64,000 nt of DNA from Gammaproteobacteria bacterium (lineage in GTDB: Bacteria; Pseudomonadota; Gammaproteobacteria; Ga0077536), in contig JAVJVZ010000023.1 of NCBI GenBank assembly GCA_040220855.1, positions 22,102 through 86,101 of the forward strand, in the 5' to 3' direction. Position numbers and translations under genes: made by a program. This document shows positions 19,621 to 28,892 of the stretch, one piece after another. Each line of letters starts with the position of its first letter. Within the stretch, counting starts at the first letter, position 1. The notes under the pieces are model-generated. The model made no database searches and was not told the DNA's origin. It saw nothing but the letters and a program-made list of their open reading frames with translations.

Positions 19621-20472
19621 TCAATCGCGCAGGCGTCTTACGAGCGTCGCGACCTGGTCGAGCACCGGCAGCACCTCGCTGGCCGGCGCCGACGGCAGGC
19701 CGAAGATGAAATGCGTGTAGCCGGTGGCCATCTCGGCGCGCACCTTGTCCTCGTCGAGCGGTGCGAAGAACAACGCGAGGTCGAGTTCGTCGGGATTCCG
19801 GCCACGTGCCGCAACGGCCTCGCGCACCTGCGCGATCGAACCCTCGCCGCCGCGCCCGCCAATGGGGATCCAGCCATCGGCATACTCGGCCACGCGCGCG
19901 GCTACGTACTTCGAATTGGCACCGATCCAGATCGGCGGTCCGCCCGGCTGTACCGGCTTGGGGTAAGACCACATCTTGTCGAAATCGACGTACTCGCCGT
20001 GGAACTCGGGCTCTTCCTCGCGCCAGATCGTCTTCATCGCGAGGACGCGCTCGCGCAGTACGCGCCAGCGCTCGGCGAAGGGCACGCCGTGGTTCTCGAC
20101 TTCCGGCTGGTTCCAGCCGGCGCCGATGCCGAAGATGAAGCGTCCGTTGGACAGGCGATCGACCGTCGCCACTTCCTTGGCCAGCGTGATCGGATGGCGC
20201 TGCGAGACCAGGCAGATGCCGGTGCCGAGCTTGATGCGCTCGGTGACCGCGGCGGCCGCACCGAGCGCAACGAAGGGGTCGTAGGTGCGCAGGTAATGCG
20301 GCGGCACCTTGCCGTCCGGGAAGAACGGCGACTTGCTGTCGAGCGGCATGTGGGTGTGTTCGGGTACGAACAGCGAATCGAGCCCGCGTGCCTCGACCTC
20401 TCGAGCCAGCTCGATTGGCTGGATCGACTGGTCCGTCACGAAAATCATCACTCCGAAGGCTGGCTGCGGCAT
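19621..20472 (-). CDS. LLM-class F420-dependent / luciferase-like oxidoreductase
   Basis: LLM TIM-barrel motifs (LDSLFVPEHTHMP, IFGIGAGW). Start re-picked at the ATG with a GAGGAG RBS. Confidence 0.75.
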   Translation of the reverse strand: MPQPAFGVMIFVTDQSIQPIELAREVEARGLDSLFVPEHTHMPLDSKSPFFPDGKVPPHYLRTYDPFVALGAAAAVTERIKLGTGICLVSQRHPITLAKEVATVDRLSNGRFIFGIGAGWNQPEVENHGVPFAERWRVLRERVLAMKTIWREEEPEFHGEYVDFDKMWSYPKPVQPGGPPIWIGANSKYVAARVAEYADGWIPIGGRGGEGSIAQVREAVAARGRNPDELDLALFFAPLDEDKVRAEMATGYTHFIFGLPSAPASEVLPVLDQVATLVRRLRD

Positions 20473-20565
20473 CTGCTCTCCTCGCTGCTCGTTGTTATCG
20501 GCCCGGCGCATACGCGCGAGGGCGACAGGGTAGACCAATCGCCGCCGCGCAGACAGGTCCGCCAA

Positions 20566-20616
20566 TTACCCACAGGTGTCTGACCCCCGTCGGATTTATC
20601 CACAGGTGTCTGACCC
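20566..20616. promoter_or_regulatory. Two 21-bp direct repeats TTA(C/T)CCACAGGTGTCTGACCC with a 30-bp period in a divergent intergenic region
   Basis: 20/21 identity. Located between the LLM oxidoreductase (-) and the NAD(P) oxidoreductase (+). Candidate transcription-factor binding sites. Confidence 0.45.
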
Positions 20617-20779
20617 TCGCCATGGCGGGAATCGACCGCGATCGGACGATCGCCCATAATTGCGCGCGGTCGCGTCACGACCTCGAGCAGGAGACACGCA
20701 TGCAGGCTGAGCTGGACGTCGCCGCCGCGCGGAGAAGTGCGCGGGACGGACGCGTAGCACCGGCACGAGCGGCCAGTCG

Positions 20780-21673
20780 ATGAGCGAAACCGCCACACAC
20801 GCGCGCACGGCCGTGCTCGGTCTCGGCCGCATGGGCCACGCACTCGCGCGCTGCCTCGCCGATGCCGGCGTGCCGCTCGCCGTATGGAACCGCACGCCCG
20901 GGCGCAGCGGGTCTTTCGAGGGCCGCGCCAGCGTCGCCGCGAGCGCTGCCGCGGCCTGTGCCGATGCGGAGCTCGTGGTGCTTGCGCTCAGCAACTACAG
21001 CGTCGGCCTCGAGGTACTCGACACCGTCGCCACCGAACTGCCGCTGGCGGGACGCACGCTGGTCCAGCTGACCTCCGGTTCGGCCTCCGACGCGCGCACC
21101 ATGCAGGCCTGGGCACGCATGCACGGGCTCGGCTACCTCGATGGCGCCGTCGTCGGCCCACCGCAGGCCGTCGGCACTGACGCGGCAATCCTGCTGTGTG
21201 CCGGCGACGAGGAACTGTGGGAGCGGCACCAGGCGACGCTGCGGCCCCTCGCCGGCACCTGCCGCTACCTCGGCGAGGCCATCGGCGCCGCCGCCGCGCT
21301 CGATTGCGCGGTACTCGACTACTACTACGGCGCGACACTCGCCATGCTGCACGGCGCTGCGCTCACCGCATCGGAAGCGCTGCCGCTCACCGAGTACTTC
21401 TTTCTCGTCAAGAAACTCGCGCCGGCGCTCGCCCTGACCGCCGACGACGCCCGCGAGATGATCGCCCGCGAGGTCTACGCCGGCGATGCCTGTACGCTCG
21501 ACGTGCATGTCGCCATGCTGCGTCACATCCAGCGCATGAGCCACGACAACGAGCTCGACACGCGCGTGCCCGATGCCGTCGTGCAGGCCTACCGCAAGGC
21601 GCTCGCCGCCGGCCATGGCGATGACGAGATCGCGGCGCTGTTCGAAACCCTGCGGCGCGGACGCGACGCCTGA
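20780..21673 (+). CDS. NAD(P)-dependent oxidoreductase (6PGDH-type NAD-binding domain; HIBADH/imine-reductase-like)
   Basis: Rossmann motif AVLGLGRMGHALA, 297 aa. Confidence 0.75.
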   Translation: MSETATHARTAVLGLGRMGHALARCLADAGVPLAVWNRTPGRSGSFEGRASVAASAAAACADAELVVLALSNYSVGLEVLDTVATELPLAGRTLVQLTSGSASDARTMQAWARMHGLGYLDGAVVGPPQAVGTDAAILLCAGDEELWERHQATLRPLAGTCRYLGEAIGAAAALDCAVLDYYYGATLAMLHGAALTASEALPLTEYFFLVKKLAPALALTADDAREMIAREVYAGDACTLDVHVAMLRHIQRMSHDNELDTRVPDAVVQAYRKALAAGHGDDEIAALFETLRRGRDA

Positions 21674-21700
21674 GCGGCCGCAGCGCATGAATCGCCCGTC

Positions 21701-22459
21701 ATGAGCTCGCGCGAGCGCATCTTCGTTGTCACCTTCGGGCGCAGCGGCTCGTCGCTGCTGTGCGCGATTCTCGCCGATGCGGGCGCCGACTTCGGGGTTC
21801 CCGTGCCGGCGCAGTGGGACCCTCGCCACGGCGCCCTCGAGCACCGGGACATCAAGCGTGCGGCACACCATATGCGCCGCGCGTTCGACCTCGACCACGG
21901 CCGCCGCTTCCGCTTCTCGCCCGAACTCGAAGCGCGCTGGCGGCGACGCCGAGCACGCCACTGGCTCGCGCGTGCGCTGCCGCAGGCCGATGCCTTCAAG
22001 ATCGGCGACCTCGACCTGCTCGTGCAGATGAGCTTCGCGCTCGGCTATGCCCCCCGCGTGGTGCTCAACTACCGCGACTTCGAGCAGGCGCTCGCCAGCA
22101 CCCTGGTCGGACGCAAGCACGTCGGTCCCGACGCGCTCGCCGCCGAGTACGCACGCGTGTGCCGCCAGGGCCTCGCGCTGGTGCGCACCTTCGGCGGCTG
22201 CGTGGTCGGCTACGAAGACATGCTCGGCGATCCGGCCGGGGCCTGGCTGGACGCGCTCGCCGCGAGCACCGGCCTCGCAGCGGAGTCGCTGCGCGCGGCA
22301 GCCGCGCGGCGCATCACGGCCACCGAAGCGGCGCCGGCGGCAACCGGCATGCTCTATCCCGAGTGCAGGCGGCTGTACGACCTGCTGGCCGCACAGGCCG
22401 GGCGCGCCTTCCCGCCCAGTCGCACGGTGCTGCGAGCCCTCGACGCCCGCCGCGCCTGA
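21701..22459 (+). CDS. Sulfotransferase-family protein (putative)
   Basis: N-terminal P-loop-like FVVTFGRSGSS resembles the sulfotransferase 5'-PSB motif. Weak otherwise. Confidence 0.45.
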   Translation: MSSRERIFVVTFGRSGSSLLCAILADAGADFGVPVPAQWDPRHGALEHRDIKRAAHHMRRAFDLDHGRRFRFSPELEARWRRRRARHWLARALPQADAFKIGDLDLLVQMSFALGYAPRVVLNYRDFEQALASTLVGRKHVGPDALAAEYARVCRQGLALVRTFGGCVVGYEDMLGDPAGAWLDALAASTGLAAESLRAAAARRITATEAAPAATGMLYPECRRLYDLLAAQAGRAFPPSRTVLRALDARRA

Positions 22460-22634
22460 GCGCGCATCCGTGCGACGGCGGCGAGGCCGCACCGCGGCGG
22501 CGGGGCGCGGGCAGCACCCACCGTCGCACGACCCCGTTTGCGTGTCGCGGTGCCGCGGCTCAGCCGCGTCGCGTTGGCCCGACTCGCGCAATGCCACGCG
22601 TCGGCCGACCACGAGACAACGAGCAATTGCGAAT

Positions 22635-22670
22635 TATATAAACGCAAATGATAATGCGTCGCGTTTATAT
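22635..22670. promoter_or_regulatory. Fur-box-like palindromic element upstream of the TonB-dependent receptor
   Basis: ATAAACGCAAATGATAATGCGTCGCGTTTAT contains an AATGATAAT core inside an 8-bp inverted repeat, in an AT-rich patch of a 70% GC genome. Confidence 0.45.
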
Positions 22671-22672
22671 TC

Positions 22673-25345
22673 TTGCGATTTCCGATGCCCGTGCCGCCAG
22701 CTCCCCGCACCCGTGCACCGCGCCGGCCGACGCTCGGCCCGCGCCGCCCGCGGGCACACCGTCTCGCCGCCATCACCGCCCTTGGTGTGTGGCTCATGGC
22801 GGCCTCCGGCATGGACGCCACGATGGCGGCCGATCGCCTCGATGGCCATGGTGACGGCGAGGCCGTCGACGCCGCGGGCAGGGCGGCGCCGGCACCGGCC
22901 GCGGCAGGCGATGACGACGGTAATAGCGACGCCAACGACGACGGCCGCGATGGCGCTCGCGGCGACAGCGCGCAGCGTCACGCCCCCGGCACGCGCAAGG
23001 TCGAGGAAATCGTCGTCCGCGGGGTCCGGGAGAGCGCCTACGACCCGAACCTCGAACCGACCGATTCGGCCAACCTGCTGGATTTCGAAGATTTGCGCCG
23101 CACGCAATCGCCGGACGTCTTCGACGCCGTGCGCGACCTGCCCGGCGTGAGCGTCGAGGGCGGCCCGCGCACCAGCGGCAAGCGCTTCGCCATTCGCGGC
23201 TTCTCCGACAACGAGGACGTCCTCGTACGCATCGACGGCGTCACGCAGAATTTCGAGAAGTACCGCTACGGCGCCGGCGTCGACATCGAGCCCGAACTGC
23301 TCAAGCAGGTCGCCGTGCACCGCGGCGGCGCGGCCATCACGCAGGGCTCGGGTTACCTCGGCGGCGTGGTCGAGATGGAGACGGTCGACGCTGCCGACCT
23401 GCTCGCGCCCGGGCAGCGCCTCGGCGGGCAGGCCAGGCTCGGCTACCTCAGCAACAACGAGGGCAAGCTCTACTCGGGCAGCGCCTATGCCCGCCCCCTC
23501 GACTTCCTCGATGCGCTCGTCAACGTCACGCGGCGCGATTCGCGCGACTACGAGCTGCCGGACGGCAGCCGCTTCCCCGATTCCGCCGAGGCGCAGACGA
23601 GCGTCCTCGGCAAGCTCGAGCTGTCCTCGGACAGCGCGACCCTCGGTATCAGTCACCGTCGCGCCGAGCAGAGCGGCCAGCAGCCCTTCGACATCACCGG
23701 CGGCATCACGGGCATCGGCGGCCTCGTCCTGCGCGATACCTCGGAAGCGGCCACCGCGCTCCGCTTCGACTGGGACCCGGCCACCGAGTGGGTCGCGCTG
23801 GACGCCACCCTCGGCTTCATCGACAAGCAGGTGATCGATGCCAACAGCGCGATTGCCGGCGTCGACGACGCTGGCAATCCGGTCGGCACCGACCGCTTCG
23901 CCTACCAGATCTGGACCACCGGCATCGGCAACCGCGCGCGCTTCGGGCTCGGCCCGACCCGCCACGAGCTCGCTTTCGGGTGGCAGGGGAACCGCGAGCG
24001 CCGCGTCGCGACGCGCGATAACCTCGCAGGCAACGCGTTCAACCCTGCTCAACCTTCGGGCGAGAAGCGCAGCCACGGCGTCTATGCCCTGCACCGCGTG
24101 CGCTGGGGCGGCCTCACTGTCGAGGGTGGTCTGCGCCGCGACTGGTTCGACATCGCCGCCGGCCCCGCCGAGCGACGCGTGCTGAGCGCCCGCGGCGAAC
24201 CGGACAAGGTGTCCTACGCGCTCGATTCACCGGTCTTCTCGATCGCCTTCGCGCACGGCCCGGCGGAGGTCTTCTACCATTGGGGCGAGAGCTTCCGCGT
24301 GCCGCTCCTGGACGAGCTGTTCCAGCGCGGCAACTTCAGCGCCTGCGTCGAGTTCACCGCATTTGCCCGGGCGCCCACGGCGCCGGTCTTTCCCGCCCTG
24401 CCACCGCAGCCGCAGGTCAGCTTTCCGCCCACGCCACAGCTCGCCGACTTCGGCTTCGACGCCGTGGCGTGGCTTGCCGCGCTCGATGCCTGGAACGCCG
24501 CCGTCGCGCAGGCGACCGCGACGCTGGCGGCCTGGGCCGAGGCCATCGCTGCCCTGCGCGCGGGCTACGACCGCGACCTCGACGCGTTCGAGGACGCGCT
24601 CGCCGCCTACCTCGACGACCCGAACGCGGATCGCAACGCGATGTGCGGCGACCGTTACCGCCCGGAGACCGCGACGACGCGCGAGGCCGGCTTCGTCCTC
24701 GACTTCGACAGCGTACTGCACGAAGCGGACGCGTTGTCGCTCAAGTTCACCTACTACGACATTCGCGTCGGCAATCTCATCGAGTCCATCTATGAAGACA
24801 GCGTGACCGGCGCCATCGGCCAGCCCGGCCGCGAGGTTCGCAAGGGCTTCGAGGTCGAGGCTCGCTACGACCAGCCCCGCTGGTACGCGCGCTTCGCGCT
24901 GACCACGCTCGACGGTTACATCAAGTACGGTTTTTTCGCGAACAATGTCGATCCCGATATCGCGCGCTTCACCGATCCGGGACGCTTCGAGCTGTTCAAC
25001 GTGCCAGCCGACAATTTCAACCTGACGCTCGCGGTGACGCCGCGTCACGATCTCGAAATAGGCCATCGCCTGCGCGTATTCGCGCCGCGCCTCGTCACCG
25101 TCGGCTTCGAACCCGGCTGCGTCGGCACGCTGTTCACCAACCCCGTGTGCAGCGTCTTCGGCGAGCAGCACGGCTACATGACGTCGAACTTCTTCCTGAG
25201 CTGGCGGCCGCACCCGTCGGTCGACCTGCGCCTGACCGTCGATAACGCCCTCAACAAGGAATTTCAGAATACCGGCTTCGGGGGCGCGCTCGGCGCCATC
25301 GCGCCGGGCCGGGACATCCGCGCCAGCGTGCTGCTGCGCTACTGA
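22673..25345 (+). CDS. TonB-dependent outer-membrane receptor (probable heme/iron-complex receptor)
   Basis: Plug-domain TonB-box-like EEIVVRGV, beta-barrel repeats, an FRVP (FRAP-like) motif. Adjacent to a hmuTUV operon. The true start may be an internal Met. Confidence 0.85.
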   Translation: MRFPMPVPPAPRTRAPRRPTLGPRRPRAHRLAAITALGVWLMAASGMDATMAADRLDGHGDGEAVDAAGRAAPAPAAAGDDDGNSDANDDGRDGARGDSAQRHAPGTRKVEEIVVRGVRESAYDPNLEPTDSANLLDFEDLRRTQSPDVFDAVRDLPGVSVEGGPRTSGKRFAIRGFSDNEDVLVRIDGVTQNFEKYRYGAGVDIEPELLKQVAVHRGGAAITQGSGYLGGVVEMETVDAADLLAPGQRLGGQARLGYLSNNEGKLYSGSAYARPLDFLDALVNVTRRDSRDYELPDGSRFPDSAEAQTSVLGKLELSSDSATLGISHRRAEQSGQQPFDITGGITGIGGLVLRDTSEAATALRFDWDPATEWVALDATLGFIDKQVIDANSAIAGVDDAGNPVGTDRFAYQIWTTGIGNRARFGLGPTRHELAFGWQGNRERRVATRDNLAGNAFNPAQPSGEKRSHGVYALHRVRWGGLTVEGGLRRDWFDIAAGPAERRVLSARGEPDKVSYALDSPVFSIAFAHGPAEVFYHWGESFRVPLLDELFQRGNFSACVEFTAFARAPTAPVFPALPPQPQVSFPPTPQLADFGFDAVAWLAALDAWNAAVAQATATLAAWAEAIAALRAGYDRDLDAFEDALAAYLDDPNADRNAMCGDRYRPETATTREAGFVLDFDSVLHEADALSLKFTYYDIRVGNLIESIYEDSVTGAIGQPGREVRKGFEVEARYDQPRWYARFALTTLDGYIKYGFFANNVDPDIARFTDPGRFELFNVPADNFNLTLAVTPRHDLEIGHRLRVFAPRLVTVGFEPGCVGTLFTNPVCSVFGEQHGYMTSNFFLSWRPHPSVDLRLTVDNALNKEFQNTGFGGALGAIAPGRDIRASVLLRY

Positions 25346-25392
25346 GGACGTGCGGGCGTGCAGGCGGCGCGTCCGCGCGTCGCGTCATCGAA

Positions 25393-26211
25393 TCAACCGC
25401 GTCGGCGCGCGCGCCGGAGCAGCATGCCTGCACTGGCGACGAGCAGCCAGCCGGCCGGCAGCGGCACCGGCTGCGTGCTGCCGGTACCGCCGCTGCCGCC
25501 CGGGCCACCGGCCACCGCCTGCGGACCGATGTCGACGGCGACCGCGTCGAGGCTCAGGCTGGTGTCGGCAGCCGCGAAGGCGAACGCGTAGGTGCCGAGC
25601 GCGACCGGCAGCTCCCACAGGTACAGGTATTCGTTGTCGACGCCGGTGCCGCCGTCGGTCCCGCCCGGGGCGCTGGAATTTCCCGTCGCGAGTGTCACGC
25701 GCTGCGACCACGCGGCGCCGTTCAGCCTGACGCTCGCGTGGTCGATATCGGCGCCGAGTGCAGAGACCTGCAGTGCCGCGGTGATCGGCCGCACGCCAAG
25801 CGCCGTGTGCGCGCTCGCCGGACTCACGACCAGCTGGAAGGCGAGCTCGTCGTTGAAGCTGTAGATGTTCCCGCTACCGGTGATGAAGGCGGCGGGTTGC
25901 GCGGTGGAACCCTTCTTGCCCGTAACGAGAATGCTGCCATTGTTGGCGGCGAGACCGAGCGCGCCGCGGTCCGGCGTGCTGTCCGGCAGGACCGGCGCGA
26001 CCCCGATGTCGGGCTCGTTACGAAAGCGGTCGTAATGGACGTATGCGCTGCCAGCGCTGCCGCGCGTCCAGTCCCCCCACGCCGCGGTGGCCGGATCCTG
26101 GAACGCGACCGCTGCTGCGTCGACACTCGTATGGAAGAGCGCGCCGAGCGCGGCGCAGGCGAACAGGGAAACAGGTCGGAACACGGTACTTCTCCTCGAC
26201 AACGGACCCAT
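25393..26211 (-). CDS. Secreted hypothetical protein with a C-terminal VPLPA-CTERM (PEP-CTERM-like) sorting signal
   Basis: Signal peptide. The C-terminus ...VPLPAGWLLVASAGMLLRRARRRG is motif + TM helix + Arg cluster. Paralog of 31222..31959 (shared WGDWTRG.AG..Y..DF and NIYSFN/NLYNFG blocks). The N-terminal 173 codons of ORF 25393..26730 were rejected as an extension. Confidence 0.7.
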   Translation of the reverse strand: MGPLSRRSTVFRPVSLFACAALGALFHTSVDAAAVAFQDPATAAWGDWTRGSAGSAYVHYDRFRNEPDIGVAPVLPDSTPDRGALGLAANNGSILVTGKKGSTAQPAAFITGSGNIYSFNDELAFQLVVSPASAHTALGVRPITAALQVSALGADIDHASVRLNGAAWSQRVTLATGNSSAPGGTDGGTGVDNEYLYLWELPVALGTYAFAFAAADTSLSLDAVAVDIGPQAVAGGPGGSGGTGSTQPVPLPAGWLLVASAGMLLRRARRRG

Positions 26212-26237
26212 GAGCGGGCGGCGAACTGAGTGTAAGT

Positions 26238-26290
26238 AAGAATGATTCGTACTACTAGTATTCTTTTTCGTGATTGCGCACAATTGCGCG
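26238..26290. promoter_or_regulatory. AT-rich divergent promoter with inverted repeat AAGAAT-N16-ATTCTT and tandem ATTGCG half-sites (candidate Fur/iron operator)
   Basis: aagaatgattcgtactactagtattctt ... gattgcgcacaattgcgcg lies between the VPLPA protein (-) and the hutZ-like gene (+). Confidence 0.35.
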
Positions 26291-26334
26291 GGCGCCGCGC
26301 CGGCGCCCCGACCCCCATCGACCAGGAGCCGACG

Positions 26335-26862
26335 ATGAACGCACCGACCACCCCGCTCGAGGACGTTGCCCGCGAGGCGCGCGGATTTCGCGATAGCTTT
26401 CGCACCCTCCATCTCGCGACCGCCGGCGCCGACGGCACGCCGAGTGCGAGCTATGCGCCTTTCGCGCTGTCGAGCGATGACCGGTTCCAGGTCTACGTCA
26501 GCGAGCTGGCCGCCCACACCGCGAACCTTTTGCGCGGCACACCGGTGAGTGTGCTGATCATCGAGTCCGAGCATGACGCCGCGCACCTCTTCGCCCGCAA
26601 GCGCCTGACGTTCACCTGCGCCCCGCAGCACTGTCCGCGCGGCAGCGATGCGTTCGAAGCGGTGCTCGCCGGTCTCGAAGAACGCTTCGGCGAGTTCATG
26701 GGCTACCTCCGTACCCTCACCGACTTCCATGCGTTCACGCTAGAAGCGCGCCACGCGACCTACGTGCGCGGCTTCGCCCAGGCTTACGAGTTCCCGGACG
26801 GTCGCCTCGAGACCATTCGTCACGTCAACGACCGCGGCCACGCCGCCGACGACGAGAACTGA
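26335..26862 (+). CDS. Heme-utilization protein HutZ-like (pyridoxamine 5'-phosphate oxidase split-barrel family)
   Basis: 176 aa, PNPOx-like fold pattern. Position as first gene of the hmuTUV operon. AGGAG RBS. Confidence 0.7.
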   Translation: MNAPTTPLEDVAREARGFRDSFRTLHLATAGADGTPSASYAPFALSSDDRFQVYVSELAAHTANLLRGTPVSVLIIESEHDAAHLFARKRLTFTCAPQHCPRGSDAFEAVLAGLEERFGEFMGYLRTLTDFHAFTLEARHATYVRGFAQAYEFPDGRLETIRHVNDRGHAADDEN

Positions 26863-26866
26863 GCCG

Positions 26867-27721
26867 ATGCGCCTGCGTCTTCTGTCCACCGCCGGTCTCG
26901 CGCTCGCGCTCGCGCTCGGACTGCTCGCACCGCTGGCAACCGCCGCCGAGCGCATCGTCGCCGTCGGCGGCGCGGTGACGGAGATCGTCTTCGCGCTCGG
27001 CGCCGGTGACCGCCTCGTCGCCGTCGATACGACCAGCCGCTTTCCCGACGCGGCCACGCGCCTGCCGGACGTCGGCTACCTGCGCACGCTGTCGGCCGAA
27101 CCCATCCTCGCCTTGCGGCCCGACCTCGTGCTGCATGCCGCGGATGCCGGTCCACCCGAGGCGCTCGCGCAGCTCCGCGCAGCCGGTGTGCCGCTCGTCG
27201 CCATCCCGGATGCGCCGAGCGCGGCGGGTGTCGAGGACAAGATTCGCGCCACCGCCGAGGCGCTCGGTCAGGCCGACGCGGCAACCGGGCTGATCGCGCG
27301 CCTGCATCGCGAGCTTGCCGCCGCGCGCGCGGCGATCGACGCCGGCGCCACGCCGCCCAGGGTGGTGTTCGCCATGCAGTTCGACGCCGGATCGGTGCTC
27401 GCGGCCGGCCGCGAGACCGCGGCAGACGCCATCATCCGGCTCGCCGGCGGCCGCAACGTCGCCGGTGACTTCACGAGCTATAAGCCGATCGGCGCCGAAG
27501 GTCTCCTCGTCGCTCGCCCCGACGTCGTGGTCACCGTCGACCGCGCGGTGGCACAGTTCGCTCGCCCGGCCGATGCTCTCGCACTGCCGGCGCTGCGCCT
27601 GACCCCGGCCGCCGCGACCGGGCGCATCGTCGTCATGGATCCCCTGTTGCTGCTCGGTTTCGGGCCGCGTCTCGGCGAGGCAGTGACGACGCTCGCCGGC
27701 GCGCTGCACGCGGTGCCGTGA
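26867..27721 (+). CDS. hmuT: Hemin ABC transporter periplasmic substrate-binding protein (HmuT/ChuT-like)
   Basis: Signal peptide, class III (FecB-like) SBP architecture. Start is 5 nt after the hutZ stop. Confidence 0.8.
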   Translation: MRLRLLSTAGLALALALGLLAPLATAAERIVAVGGAVTEIVFALGAGDRLVAVDTTSRFPDAATRLPDVGYLRTLSAEPILALRPDLVLHAADAGPPEALAQLRAAGVPLVAIPDAPSAAGVEDKIRATAEALGQADAATGLIARLHRELAAARAAIDAGATPPRVVFAMQFDAGSVLAAGRETAADAIIRLAGGRNVAGDFTSYKPIGAEGLLVARPDVVVTVDRAVAQFARPADALALPALRLTPAAATGRIVVMDPLLLLGFGPRLGEAVTTLAGALHAVP

Positions 27722-27764
27722 GCGACGCAGGTCGCCCACCGCGCCGCCGCGCCCGCACGGCCCG

Positions 27765-28892
27765 ATGACACCCGCCGACGATCACCTCCTCGCCGCGGGT
27801 GCGCCCGCCGCCGCCGCGATACGGGCGCGGTACCTCGCGCTACCCACCCGCCGCATGCTCGTGCTCGCTGCCTGTTTCGCCTGCGCGCTCGCCGCGATAC
27901 TCGCCAACCTTGCGCTCGGTCCCGTCGTGGTGCCGCTCGCGAGCGTGCTGCGCATCCTGACCGGCACGCACGAGGCCGTCGGCGCGGACGGCGGCGTCGC
28001 CGCGAGCGTGGTGCTCGACCTGCGCGCGCCGCGCGTGGTGCAGGGACTGCTCGTCGGCGCCGCGCTCGCGGTCTCCGGGGCAGCCTTCCAGGGCCTGTTC
28101 CGCAACCCGCTCGCCGATCCCAGCCTCGTCGGCATCTCGGCCGGGGCCGCGACAGGCGCGGTCGGCTACATCGTGCTCGGCAGTGCGCTCGGCAGTGCGT
28201 TCGCGCCGCTCGCCGCGATCCCGCGCATGGCCGCGCTGCCGCTCGCGGCGATCGGCGGGGCGCTCGCCGCCGCGGCAGCGCTCTACCGGCTGGGCCGCCG
28301 CGGCAGCGACCTCGACATCGCGACCCTGCTGCTCGCGGGCATCGCCATCACCGCGCTATGCCTGTCTGCCTCGGGCCTGCTCATCTTCGTCAGCGACGAC
28401 GAGCAGCTGCGCGAGCTGAACTTCTGGTCCCTCGGCTCGCTCGCCCGCGCGCACTGGCCGGTGCTGTTGCCGGCACTGCCCTGGCTGCTCGGCGCAACCG
28501 CCTGGCTGGTGGCACGCGCCGGCGTTCTGAACGCACTCGCCCTCGGCGAAGCCGAGGCCTGGCACCTCGGCTACCGCGTAGAGCGGGTCAAGCTCGAGGT
28601 CGTCGCGCTGACCGCGACCGCGGTCGGCACCGCAGTCGCCATCGCCGGCGTGATCGGATTCATCGGTCTCATCGTGCCGCACCTGCTGCGGCTCGCGATC
28701 GGCGCAGACAACCGCTACGTCCTGGCGGGCGCCGCCGCGCTCGGCGGCGCGCTGCTGCTGGTGGCCGACCTGCTCGCACGCACGCTGGTAGTACCGGCGG
28801 AACTCCCGATCGGCATCCTGACCAGCCTGCTCGGCGGACCGTTCTTCCTGTGGCTCATGCAACGCCAGCGCTGCGCGCCCGCACTGCCGTGA
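27765..28892 (+). CDS. hmuU: Iron/hemin ABC transporter permease (FecCD family, HmuU-like)
   Basis: About 10 TM helices and FecCD conserved segments (LALGEAEAWHLGY..., TSLLGGPFFLWLM). Confidence 0.85.
   Translation: MTPADDHLLAAGAPAAAAIRARYLALPTRRMLVLAACFACALAAILANLALGPVVVPLASVLRILTGTHEAVGADGGVAASVVLDLRAPRVVQGLLVGAALAVSGAAFQGLFRNPLADPSLVGISAGAATGAVGYIVLGSALGSAFAPLAAIPRMAALPLAAIGGALAAAAALYRLGRRGSDLDIATLLLAGIAITALCLSASGLLIFVSDDEQLRELNFWSLGSLARAHWPVLLPALPWLLGATAWLVARAGVLNALALGEAEAWHLGYRVERVKLEVVALTATAVGTAVAIAGVIGFIGLIVPHLLRLAIGADNRYVLAGAAALGGALLLVADLLARTLVVPAELPIGILTSLLGGPFFLWLMQRQRCAPALP

Noticed and set aside
16500-19709. ORFs 16500..18011 (-) and 18273..19709 (+)
   Set aside because: Antisense to the acyl-CoA synthetase and SrkA/LLM genes respectively.
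19711-22612. ORFs 19711..20583 (+) and 20675..22612 (-, 645 aa)
   Set aside because: Antisense or alternate frame to LLM, NAD(P) oxidoreductase and sulfotransferase-like genes. Composition-driven.
22634-25213. Minus-strand ORFs 22634..24094 and 24227..25213 inside the TonB receptor
   Set aside because: Antisense to a gene with clear plug and barrel motifs.
26212-26730. N-terminal 173 codons of ORF 25393..26730
   Set aside because: Would overlap the divergent hutZ-like gene and its promoter. A signal peptide begins at the internal Met (MGPLSRRSTVF...).
28358-28888. N-terminal part of ORF 28358..29686
   Set aside because: Lies in a different frame inside the hmuU permease. The ABC ATPase domain begins at the GTG overlapping the hmuU stop.
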